Of a stretch of 58,483 bases of DNA, positions 8,332 to 16,858 are shown one piece after another. The stretch lies in the NCBI GenBank assembly GCA_028714475.1, contig JAQTNC010000008.1:1-58483 (forward strand), in the 5' to 3' direction. The notes under the pieces were generated by a model. That model was not told the origin of the DNA. It worked only from the letters and a program-made list of their open reading frames with translations, and made no database searches. The first letter of the stretch is position 1. Every line of letters starts with the position of its first letter. A program made the position numbers and the translations under genes. The DNA is from Patescibacteria group bacterium. Its GTDB lineage: Bacteria > Patescibacteriota > Patescibacteriia > SG8-24.

Positions 8332-9876
8332 CTATGCATATATCTTTTCCCTGCGCGCCAGGGCATAAACCAAGCCGCCGTACAGCCAGACGTACAGCGC
8401 GAGCGTCCGCACCTCAAGATAAGTCGCGAGAAAAGCCTGAAAGGTCACGGCGAGCAGACAGCCGAAATAGCCGAGCGCCATGCCCTTGAGAAAAGGGTCC
8501 TTCGCCTCGCGCCAAACGTGCAAGGCCATGAGTGCCAGCGCGCCGAACATCCACAGGTAGAAAATCAGGCCGAGCGTGCCGGTCTCCCCCCATAGGGAAA
8601 ACCAGTTGTTATCGATGTAACCCTCGCTGCCGTACACGCCGAACGGCAGGTTCAGCCGCTCATAGACGCGCGTGTTGCCAAGTGCGGCCGCCGCGCCGCC
8701 GCCGTACTGCCCCGGACCGACGCCCAAAAGCGGCGACGACCGCACGACCACGAGCGGCGTCTGCACCATCCAGTAGAGCCGACCGAGGCCGTAATACTCG
8801 CCGCGCCAACGCTCGTACGAAAACGACTCGAAGAAACGCTCGATCGGCGTTTGCCCGGGATAGTCGGTGAGATACCGCACGACCAAACCCGAATAGCCCC
8901 AATAGGCCACGGCCGCGATGATGACGGCAACGAAAGCCGTCCGCACCCTCCTGTCCCCCTTCAGCATCGCGCCGATGACGAAAAAGGCGCCGATAAAACC
9001 GAACCACGAAGCGCGCGACAGGGTGAGGAGCAGGGCGACCACCGCCACCACGACGAAAAGGAAAAGCGGCTGGCGCTGGCGGACGGCCTTCAACTCATAG
9101 AGCCAGCCGACCGCGAGCAGGAGGAAGAAACAAAGGAACGTGCCGAGCTGATCATACCGGCCGAGCGTGGCGAAGACGCGCGTGCCCGGTTCCCAGAACT
9201 GATCTGTTCCCGAGGACAGCTGGATGTCCTCGAAGAAACGTCGGGCGCTCGGCAGGAGGAATTCGTCGAAATAGCCGCCGGTCGCCCATTGGACGATGCC
9301 GAGGCCAGCCTCGAGAAAAGCGATGACCAACATCAGGTAGGAGAGGCGACGCGCGAACTCGCGGTTAGGCGCGAGATAAGCGACGGCGAAGAACAGGAGG
9401 ATGAAGCGGATGATCTGACGCAGACCGAGGATGCCGATGAACGGCGGAACGGCGTTCACGACAAGCGAAGACAGGGCCACCAACAGGAAAAACGCGAACG
9501 GCAAGTCAATCGGCGTCGGCACCCACGGCCGGCGACGGGACAGAACGCGGATGACGGCCGCGGCGACGACGGCATAGACCAGCACTTCGGAAAAATACTT
9601 GGCGTAAACGTAAACGTCGTCGGTCAGGAACTTGAGCAGGAACGGCTCAAGCGGGATGTAGGCGACGATGAAATACAGGGCGCTCTCCGGTCGGTAGAAG
9701 GCCAACGCGAAAACCGCGGCCGCAAGCAAGAAGGCAAAAATCTTCCACGGCGACGACAGGGCGACGAGCGTGCCGATGGCCAAGCCGGCCACGATGAGCG
9801 CGGCTGGCGGGAAGGTCGGCGATTGGCTCTCCGAGCCGCGAATTTGGCCGTTGATTTTGCTGAAAAAATTGATCAT
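8332..9876 (-). CDS. O-antigen ligase/polymerase-like (Wzy_C family) polytopic membrane protein
   Basis: 514 aa with many TM helices; LLTLSRASWFGFIGAFF-type motif. Confidence 0.85.
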   Translation of the reverse strand: MINFFSKINGQIRGSESQSPTFPPAALIVAGLAIGTLVALSSPWKIFAFLLAAAVFALAFYRPESALYFIVAYIPLEPFLLKFLTDDVYVYAKYFSEVLVYAVVAAAVIRVLSRRRPWVPTPIDLPFAFFLLVALSSLVVNAVPPFIGILGLRQIIRFILLFFAVAYLAPNREFARRLSYLMLVIAFLEAGLGIVQWATGGYFDEFLLPSARRFFEDIQLSSGTDQFWEPGTRVFATLGRYDQLGTFLCFFLLLAVGWLYELKAVRQRQPLFLFVVVAVVALLLTLSRASWFGFIGAFFVIGAMLKGDRRVRTAFVAVIIAAVAYWGYSGLVVRYLTDYPGQTPIERFFESFSYERWRGEYYGLGRLYWMVQTPLVVVRSSPLLGVGPGQYGGGAAAALGNTRVYERLNLPFGVYGSEGYIDNNWFSLWGETGTLGLIFYLWMFGALALMALHVWREAKDPFLKGMALGYFGCLLAVTFQAFLATYLEVRTLALYVWLYGGLVYALARREKIYA

Positions 9877-9961
9877 TTTTGTCGGTTCGGCGCCATTTGA
9901 TTATGCCGTCCTTGGGCTGAGTTATTGTATCGTTTTAGCGAAAAAATTAAAATAGGATATT

Positions 9962-10007
9962 TTCTGCCCCGAGCCTGTCGAGGGGCGGCCCTCGACTTCG
10001 CTCGGGC
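9962..10007. repeat. repeat-family member
   Basis: TTCTGCCCCGAGCCTGTCGAGGGGC (25 nt, identical to 8272-8296) followed by GGCCCTCGACTTCGCTCGGGC. Confidence 0.8.
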
Positions 10008-10161
10008 TAGAACTTTTTTCTGTTTTGGACATTTCAAAGAACGCCCCGATTTCTCCAATATCAAAATCAGGACGGACTCCACAAACCCATACAAGAGGTT
10101 TGGTGGTGTCCGCCCTGAAGTGAAGTGCCCGGTTAGGGGCTGCTGGCTGAACGTTGCGTGA

Positions 10162-11325
10162 TCAGTTGCTGGGGGTCGGAGGGTGGGCGATGCCAGGCGC
10201 ATTCCCGGTTCCCACGAGCCTGCCGTTCTGCACGACAGTGGCCTTGTAGCCGCAGTGCGTTACGTAACGCCAGTCACGCGCCTCGGGAGCCACCTGACAG
10301 CTGTCGCAGAGCGCCTCGCCCTGCTCGTCCGCCGCCGTCGTGAGCTTGCAGTAGCAGTTCACATACTCTGCGCACGCCTCACCCATCTTCTCGTGGTGAG
10401 AATACGCGCCGTAGTACTGCCAGCACTCCTTCGTGAGACAAAGGGGCCGCAGGCCGTTTTCCGGCTTCTCGTCCGGAATGGCGTAGGCAGAGTTGAACTC
10501 GACGGTCGAGCCGACAGTCAGGCCGGCAACCTCGGTCTTCCAGACATTGCCGCCGTCCGTCAGTTGCTTGCCCTTGGTGACCCAACTCGAGTTGGGAAGG
10601 CCGGTGCCGAACAACGCGACGACAGGTGACAGGGTTTGGACGACGACGCTGGGCAACTCCGGGAAGTAGCTCTTGTCGAAGGCGAACACGTTCGCGCTCG
10701 GATTCGAGAAGGGGCATACTGCCGCCGGTTTTCCAGCCGACCCAGCCGCGCCGGCCGTTCCAGCGCTTCCGCCGGTGGCCGTGCCGCCAGTTCCCTGACC
10801 GCCCGTGGCCGGAGCGTTGCCGCCCGTGGCCGGAGCGTTGCCGCCCGTGGCTACCGGAGGTTGCCCGCCGGTCGCCGAGCCGCCAGTTCCCTGACCGCCC
10901 GTGGACGGATTCACGATCGTGATGTTGACCACCACGGTGGTGGTCTGGTCGTTGTTCTGCGTCGTCGTCTGCACCGGAACTACCAAGGAGGTGTCGCCTT
11001 CGATATCCACGTCCCCGCCGGTGGCCTCGGAGTCGCCGCTGGTCGCGTCCGCGCTCGGGTTCGCCGTGGCGGACGGATCCGCGTTGGCGCTGGAGCTCGG
11101 GTTCGCGTTGGCCGCGGAATCCGAAGCGGAATCGCTGTTGGCAGACGCGTTCGTACTGCTGCTTCCAGCCGCGCCGGGTGTTCCCGCGAGACCGGCTGGG
11201 GCGGCGGGAGCCTGGCCAGCCGTGTTGGGGCTGGAGGGCGCCGCGCCCTTGTCGCCGGGCTCGTAGCCGCACGCCAGGGCAGAAAGAACCGAGAGAACCG
11301 CGAAAATCGAACGTAGATGGGTCAT
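10162..11325 (-). CDS. lipoprotein with low-complexity linker and Cys-rich C-terminal domain (function unknown)
   Basis: Frame of 10162..11574 trimmed to ATG 11325, with GAGGT upstream. Lipobox LSALAC-G. TGG/NAPATGG repeats. C-terminal domain with 12 Cys. Confidence 0.75.
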   Translation of the reverse strand: MTHLRSIFAVLSVLSALACGYEPGDKGAAPSSPNTAGQAPAAPAGLAGTPGAAGSSSTNASANSDSASDSAANANPSSSANADPSATANPSADATSGDSEATGGDVDIEGDTSLVVPVQTTTQNNDQTTTVVVNITIVNPSTGGQGTGGSATGGQPPVATGGNAPATGGNAPATGGQGTGGTATGGSAGTAGAAGSAGKPAAVCPFSNPSANVFAFDKSYFPELPSVVVQTLSPVVALFGTGLPNSSWVTKGKQLTDGGNVWKTEVAGLTVGSTVEFNSAYAIPDEKPENGLRPLCLTKECWQYYGAYSHHEKMGEACAEYVNCYCKLTTAADEQGEALCDSCQVAPEARDWRYVTHCGYKATVVQNGRLVGTGNAPGIAHPPTPSN

Positions 11326-11464
11326 GTTTACCTCTTCTTGAGGATCGGGATTGGGTTGATGGTGAATCTTGCCATGGCCGCGAGTCACCCCGCAGCCACG
11401 TTGGTGTTGGGGGATGGGGCGCGGCGAATTCCGCGCCCCGGTGATACACGCCTTCGCCGATGGG

Positions 11465-12391
11465 CTAGAACGTGTAGATGGCGGAACCGACGGCACCGCC
11501 AGCGAAACTCGGGCCTTCCTTCTGATAGCTAACGCCCGCGAGGACGCCAGCTGCCAGTTGGAAATCTCGGACAACGGTCAAGGCAACGCCCGCGTCGCCG
11601 AGAACGGCATGGACCTTGGCGGTTTCGGCGTTCCTGCGAACGTCACCTACCAAGTACTCGACTCCGGTTCTCAACGAAACTAGGCTGCCCAAGCGCGTCT
11701 CGAGGCCGAACCTCGCGGATGCGCCCCAGGGTCTGCTGGACGCGGCCAGGTTGACGTTCCCGCCCAACGTAGCTGAAACCACGTTGGAGACTCGGAACTT
11801 CAGCTCCGGCCCGACCGAGAAGGCAGAGTACCGCCCACCGTCGAGCAAAAGCACGAACCCGCCGCCTTGAACCGAAAGGCGAATCCATCTCTTGCTGGCT
11901 TGCACGGACATGGCGTCCAAACGGGCATCTTGGAACTCGTCGTGTTGCTCGTTGGCATCCATCCGGCTGACCAGAGGATCGTAGAGCTCCCTCATCTTTT
12001 CCTCGGTCCGTCGGTCGCCGGCAGCACGGTCCAGAATCTCCTGGTTGCTGGCCGCGGTCAGTGCGCGGAGGCTGTCCTCCATGATCCCGAGTTGCTCTTT
12101 CAGCGCCTCGACGTCATCCGCCGACGCGCCGTTTGCCTCGAGCTGCGCAATCCGCTGCCGCATGCTATAGATGTTGCCTTCGAGAATCTTCGCCTTCTTG
12201 GCCGCGGGATCTTCTTCATCCGTCGCCGTGTCCGCCGGCGCCGGTGGGTCTTTCACCACCTGACATCCGACCGGGCAAGGTTCGGGCGTCGGAACGCAAC
12301 CATCGCCGCAGGTTTCCCCACCGGCGCTTGCGCTGCTGGCCGAGAACAGAACCGCGAGGGCAACCAGAACCAATGATGACAATTGCTTCAT
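11465..12391 (-). CDS. secreted protein: Cys-rich N-terminal segment, coiled coil, C-terminal 8-strand OMP-like beta-barrel candidate
   Basis: Signal peptide LVLVALAVLFSASSASA. Coiled coil QRIAQLEANG...LKEQLGIMEDSLRAL. C-terminal alternating-hydrophobic strands ending in ...GSAIYTF. Confidence 0.75.
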   Translation of the reverse strand: MKQLSSLVLVALAVLFSASSASAGGETCGDGCVPTPEPCPVGCQVVKDPPAPADTATDEEDPAAKKAKILEGNIYSMRQRIAQLEANGASADDVEALKEQLGIMEDSLRALTAASNQEILDRAAGDRRTEEKMRELYDPLVSRMDANEQHDEFQDARLDAMSVQASKRWIRLSVQGGGFVLLLDGGRYSAFSVGPELKFRVSNVVSATLGGNVNLAASSRPWGASARFGLETRLGSLVSLRTGVEYLVGDVRRNAETAKVHAVLGDAGVALTVVRDFQLAAGVLAGVSYQKEGPSFAGGAVGSAIYTF

Positions 12392-12797
12392 CTCACTTCT
12401 CCCATGCTGTGCCCCATAAGGGCGTTGTGCCCATGAGGGCGTAACCTATCTACGCTCACGCAATGTTCAGTTGTAATGAGCGCCGGCCAACACCTTTCGA
12501 TGATGGCCTCAAACCGCCCGGCGTGTCGATGGCGACAAGGAGGAGATGTCGCTATCGCCCGCCGGTCGGTTCGAAGTCACCAAGACCGGCTCTAAATTGA
12601 CCCAATACAATAACACAATTCGACGATTTTGTCAAGGGTTTTATCCCTCAAATTCGCCGAATTGTCGGGTTTCGCCCAGCCGCTGGCCGCTTTACCTCAA
12701 CCTAACCGGCTATTGGGCCGCCCCTAGCCTAAAATAAGCGGAAAAAACAGTCAAGGCTGTGAGTGGAGCAGTCCAAGAGGGCTGCCCCTACTAAACC

Positions 12798-12821
12798 AAA
12801 AAGAGCCCGGCTAGGGGCTCT
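12798..12821 (-). terminator. intrinsic terminator candidate downstream of the wzz-like gene
   Basis: Minus strand AGAGCCC-CTAGCC-GGGCTCT followed by TTTTT. Confidence 0.6.
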
Positions 12822-12849
12822 TGGCTTGTCTCAGACCTGTTTGTCAGAA

Positions 12850-13476
12850 CTAATCCCCAAAGACGCCGCGCCGGCGACTCGTCGCCAGCACGTAGCCGGA
12901 ACCGACGATGATGCCCAGCACCAAGCCGGTGAAGGCGTTGGCCGGGATGTTCGGCTTGACCGGGAAGCGCGACTGCAAGGGCTCGTCCACGAGCTTAATT
13001 TCCAGGTCGCCGCCGCCGACGTATTGCGCGCCGTCGGTCGTGAGGACGAAGGCGATGGCGCGGGCGAACTGCTCGGCCTGGTCGCGATCAACATGATACA
13101 CGGTCACCGCGAGCATGCCCGTACCGCGGATGACCTGGGTGTCGATCATCTCGCGCCACTGCCGCCGCTTCTTGACCTCGTCAGCGCTGAAGACGGAGGC
13201 ATCGGTGTTGAACTTGGCGCCCATCACTTTTTCGTAGAAGGAAGTGGTGTAGATGATTTGCCCAAGATTGTCGGCGATGCGCTCCGAAGCCTTGATGGCA
13301 GTGTACGGGTCCGCCTGGGACAGCTGTTTCTGGATGATGAGCAGGCGCATCGTGGAGCTGTACTGCAAGGGAAAAACAAAACTCAAGCCGGCGCCGAACA
13401 GCGCGGCCATGAGCCCGAACATCACGATGGTTTTGGAGCCGCGCCAGAGCGTGGCCACGTAATTGATCTCTTGCAT
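12850..13476 (-). CDS. Wzz-like polysaccharide chain-length determinant (PCP family) protein
   Basis: Two terminal TM helices (IVMFGLMAALFGAGLSFVF; GLVLGIIVGSGYVL) around a periplasmic-type domain. N-terminal motif LWRGSKTIV. Confidence 0.75.
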   Translation of the reverse strand: MQEINYVATLWRGSKTIVMFGLMAALFGAGLSFVFPLQYSSTMRLLIIQKQLSQADPYTAIKASERIADNLGQIIYTTSFYEKVMGAKFNTDASVFSADEVKKRRQWREMIDTQVIRGTGMLAVTVYHVDRDQAEQFARAIAFVLTTDGAQYVGGGDLEIKLVDEPLQSRFPVKPNIPANAFTGLVLGIIVGSGYVLATSRRRGVFGD

Positions 13477-13531
13477 GTGGGTGCCGGCAAAACAGGGTGA
13501 CCGTTCAGACTAGCACAATGGCGGCCTTTTG

Positions 13532-14725
13532 TCAATCCCGCGACGCGCCCGGCGCCTCGTCCAGTTTCACTTTGACCGTCAGGTTGGCGCCGGCCTCGCC
13601 GCGCTGAACCGCCAAAGTCAGTTCGGTTCCCGGCTCGTATTCAGCCAAGACGTCAGAGAGCGGCCGCCCAGCGGAAATCTCCCGGTCGTTGACTGCCAGG
13701 ATGACGTCGCCTTCCTTGAGGTTGGCGTCCGCTGCCGGGCTGTTTCGGATCACGGCCGGGCGGCGACCGTCCAAGGAGTCGGTCAACATGGCGCCTCGGT
13801 TGAGATCCGGCCGCGAGGAAGCGCCGGAAACCACCTGCGACAGGTCCACGTAATTGACGCCCAACCTGGACCTGACCGGTGCCTTGCCGCGCAGGACGAA
13901 AAGCAGCTGATCCTCGAAGGCCGGCAAGGGAATGCCGAACGATCCGACCGCGTCGTTGCCGGAGAGCACGCCGATGAACCCGCCGCGGCTATCGACCAGC
14001 ATCGACCCCGGCAAGGCGCCGTTCGCCGACGACAGGCGCAACAGGGATTGAAGGCTCTCCGAGGACACGACGTAATCCGCCGCCCTAGTCGGCAGAGTCC
14101 GGCCATAACCGACGAAATCAATCCGATGGGCGCCGCGCAAGGCGTCATATGAGAATACGCCGTCGCCAGCCCCCAACGCCGCTTCGCCGAACGCGGCGAC
14201 CGGCAGGTTGGACGCATCCACCTTAAGGAAAACCGCGCCCGAATAATCATCGCGGATAATCGTCTGAACGGCATAAACCTTGGCGCCGATGGCCGCGACC
14301 AGGTTGGCGGCGCGTTCGGATGACTTGGCAAATGGTTCCCCGGCCGTCACGATCCAGCCGTCGGACGTGAGAACGCCGCCGGCCGCCACGGCCTCCTGCG
14401 GCAGGTAAACCTGATCCAAAAGCCCGATGCCGGCGGGTTTGACGCGGAAGATCAGCGCCAACGAGCGGCTTGAGGTGTCCACCGGCGTCGGCACAGCGCC
14501 GTACTCCTCCGATTGCCGCGTGGTCCGGCCGCGCATGATCGACAAGGCGCTGGCGCCGGAAGAATCCGGCGTCGGCAGAAAATAGGCGGCCACGAACATC
14601 ATGCCGACGGCGCCGGCGGCGAAGCCGAACAGGACACTGAAAAACAGCGGCGTGACCAGTGAGGTCGCGCGGCTTTCCGGTCGGCTCGACGATTCGGCCG
14701 GAGTTGGATTGTTCTTATTGGTCAT
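13532..14725 (-). CDS. membrane-anchored HtrA/DegP-like (S1C fold) protein with C-terminal PDZ domain; catalytic triad apparently degenerate
   Basis: The region aligning to the His motif is GGVLTSDGWIVTAGEPF. LKVD occupies the Asp region and GALPGSMLVDSRGGFIGV the Ser region. PDZ: GAMLTDS...NSPAADANLKEGDVILAVN. Confidence 0.8.
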   Translation of the reverse strand: MTNKNNPTPAESSSRPESRATSLVTPLFFSVLFGFAAGAVGMMFVAAYFLPTPDSSGASALSIMRGRTTRQSEEYGAVPTPVDTSSRSLALIFRVKPAGIGLLDQVYLPQEAVAAGGVLTSDGWIVTAGEPFAKSSERAANLVAAIGAKVYAVQTIIRDDYSGAVFLKVDASNLPVAAFGEAALGAGDGVFSYDALRGAHRIDFVGYGRTLPTRAADYVVSSESLQSLLRLSSANGALPGSMLVDSRGGFIGVLSGNDAVGSFGIPLPAFEDQLLFVLRGKAPVRSRLGVNYVDLSQVVSGASSRPDLNRGAMLTDSLDGRRPAVIRNSPAADANLKEGDVILAVNDREISAGRPLSDVLAEYEPGTELTLAVQRGEAGANLTVKVKLDEAPGASRD

Positions 14726-14740
14726 AGTCGGGAAGGGTGA

Positions 14741-15523
14741 TTAAAGCCAGCGGGCCGTCAGCAGCAACACGGCGGCCAAGGCCAAGGCAAAAGCGAATTC
14801 ACGGCGAAGATGGACGGTCGCGGAACCGGTCAGGACCTGACGGCTGACCTGCAGCAAGGCGGCCAGGAGGACGGTGATGACGGCGGCGTCCACCAAGTGC
14901 GAAACCGGCAGGAACGTCAGGACGACATGCAGTTCGGCGGAAAACAGGGCCACGAAGCCGACAATCGCGCGGTGCCGATCAGGCTCAACGCCGCCGCGCC
15001 GGAACGCTCCGAAGGCCACGAAGGCGGCGGCGGCGGCCATGACCGCCGCGAGCAACACGACCGGCACGCCGTAGTACTGCCGGATGCCGAACGCGAAAGC
15101 GGCCATGAAGTAGAAGCCGACCAGGTCCACCAAGGCGGCGAGATGGGTCAAGTCAGTCTGACTGCCGGCGTCAGCCGCGACCGCTGACCTCAAGTTGTCG
15201 AAATAGGTCAGGACCAAAATTGCCGCCAGGGCGATGACCCCGTAGCGGCCCCACTGGGTCTCCGCCAAAAGCACGTAGAGGAAGGCGCCGGCGGCCATGA
15301 AAACCGGCGGGGCGGCCAGATAAAGCCCTTGCCGGCCTTCATGTCTCGTCAAGCGATAGGCCATGGCAGCCGTCGCGCCAACGGCAAGGGCGGCTAACAC
15401 GCCCCAAACCAGCAGCGGCCCGGTAGGCGTTCCTTCGGCCGCCATCCGCCCGAACCACCAGAAAACGAGGGCGAGAAACGGCGCGGCCAGCCAATAACCA
15501 TGGCGGTGGTTTGGTCTTTTCAT
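14741..15523 (-). CDS. polytopic membrane protein, function unknown
   Basis: 260 aa with about 7-8 hydrophobic helices, tightly packed in an operon. Confidence 0.7.
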   Translation of the reverse strand: MKRPNHRHGYWLAAPFLALVFWWFGRMAAEGTPTGPLLVWGVLAALAVGATAAMAYRLTRHEGRQGLYLAAPPVFMAAGAFLYVLLAETQWGRYGVIALAAILVLTYFDNLRSAVAADAGSQTDLTHLAALVDLVGFYFMAAFAFGIRQYYGVPVVLLAAVMAAAAAFVAFGAFRRGGVEPDRHRAIVGFVALFSAELHVVLTFLPVSHLVDAAVITVLLAALLQVSRQVLTGSATVHLRREFAFALALAAVLLLTARWL

Positions 15524-15532
15524 AAGCGAACG

Positions 15533-16249
15533 CTACTTTTTTGGCGCCAAGCCGATCTGCAGGCTACCCGGTTCCGTTTTCACTTCCTGGATGGTGCCCG
15601 CCGACGAGATGCCGGACGTCACGGCCTGCCCCAAAATTTCGCCGATGGCCTTGCCGATGGCGTCCACCGCGAAGGAAGGCAGTTGCCAGGCGCCGATGAC
15701 GATTTCCGTGGCTTCCAGCTTCAACGCCCCGTTCACCAAGTTCGGACGGAAGGAGGCACGGACGGTCACCGGCCGCTCCGGCCGCGGCGAAACCAGGAAC
15801 AGTTCCAAACGACCGGTGTCAACGACCAGTTGTGCCTCGCTCACCGGGAACGGCAGCTGGTCGGCGGCGGCGGCGAACGCCCCACGGACCATGGTCGTGA
15901 GTTCCGCCTCGGTCAGCCGCAGGCGCACCAATCCGAGTTGCGGTTCCGGCTTGGCGCTGGCCGCCTCCTCCATGATGATGGCTTGCGTGCTGCGGCTGTC
16001 CGGCGTCACGATGCGGGTCGGCGCGGCCGGGCGATATTGCCATTTCGTCAGGACCGGCACATTGGCCACGCCGGTCTTGGCCACGATCGAAGCGACCAGA
16101 TAAAGCGGCACGGCGATGATCAAAATCTCCACGAACAGGCAACCGACGCAGGACCAAAGGCGACGACGACGCTCGTCGCGCCGGATCTCGCCGATGATTT
16201 CCTTCTTCATCTCTTCCTTTTCCGCATTCTTTTCCGTGTTCGGAATCAT
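15533..16249 (-). CDS. N-terminally anchored membrane protein, function unknown
   Basis: Frame of 15533..16279 (TTG start) trimmed to ATG 16249 to avoid overlap. TM CVGCLFVEILIIAVPLYLVASIV. The start is uncertain. Confidence 0.65.
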   Translation of the reverse strand: MIPNTEKNAEKEEMKKEIIGEIRRDERRRRLWSCVGCLFVEILIIAVPLYLVASIVAKTGVANVPVLTKWQYRPAAPTRIVTPDSRSTQAIIMEEAASAKPEPQLGLVRLRLTEAELTTMVRGAFAAAADQLPFPVSEAQLVVDTGRLELFLVSPRPERPVTVRASFRPNLVNGALKLEATEIVIGAWQLPSFAVDAIGKAIGEILGQAVTSGISSAGTIQEVKTEPGSLQIGLAPKK

Positions 16250-16263
16250 AAGTAATCGGCCGA

Positions 16264-16722
16264 TCACTCGGCCAGCCAAGGATTATCCGCCATGACCTGG
16301 CGGGTGGCGTCGATGACGGTTGCCTGATCGCCGTCCGAACCGGCCAAGGCCCGTCGCCACTTGTCGAGCAGCAAAACGAAAGACATGTGGGTTCCCGTCG
16401 CCGCCTTCGGCACGCGCATCGAGAAGCCAAGAAGGCTTTGCCGCGTTTGGCCCTCCAGCTGAACGAGCATCGGGTCGGGCTGAACCAAATCCTCCGGCGA
16501 CAGTTTTACCGCCTGTTCGAAGAACGGCTTGAGGATGGGCTTGATGGCGGCTTGGTACTCCTCCACGGTCGGGGCCGTGATGGTCGGGGCAATCTCGCCC
16601 TGACCGCCGTTGCCCGACAAGATGACGTGCGCCATGCCATAAGCCAGCCCCGCCAAGACCACGGCGGCGAAAACGAACAGGCCAGCCAAACGCCAATAAA
16701 CGCGATGTTTTTCCTTCCGCAT
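16264..16722 (-). CDS. N-terminally anchored membrane protein, function unknown
   Basis: 152 aa; TM WRLAGLFVFAAVVLAGLAYGMAHVIL. Confidence 0.65.
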   Translation of the reverse strand: MRKEKHRVYWRLAGLFVFAAVVLAGLAYGMAHVILSGNGGQGEIAPTITAPTVEEYQAAIKPILKPFFEQAVKLSPEDLVQPDPMLVQLEGQTRQSLLGFSMRVPKAATGTHMSFVLLLDKWRRALAGSDGDQATVIDATRQVMADNPWLAE

Positions 16723-16772
16723 AACACAGGAAATATACCAAAAGCTAGCGGTATTGGGAAGGCGGCTCGGCG

Positions 16773-16801
16773 TTGACAGGCACCGGGTCTCGTGTTAAGG
16801 T
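16773..16801 (+). promoter_or_regulatory. weak sigma70-type promoter candidate
   Basis: TTGACA, 17-bp spacer, TAAGGT upstream of the mTERF-like gene. Confidence 0.3.
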
Positions 16802-16858
16802 CGGCTCTGACCTTTGTGCAATTTCACCCAACCACAGCCCACGAGAAGCGAGGTTTGC

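Noticed and set aside
12546-12737. 63-aa ORF preceded by AAGGAGGAG
   Set aside because: The SD-to-ATG spacing is too short, the peptide has atypical composition (many N, S, P, R, Y) and no TM or other features, and the ORF lies in a probable leader or promoter region of the beta-barrel gene. It remains possible but is unsupported.
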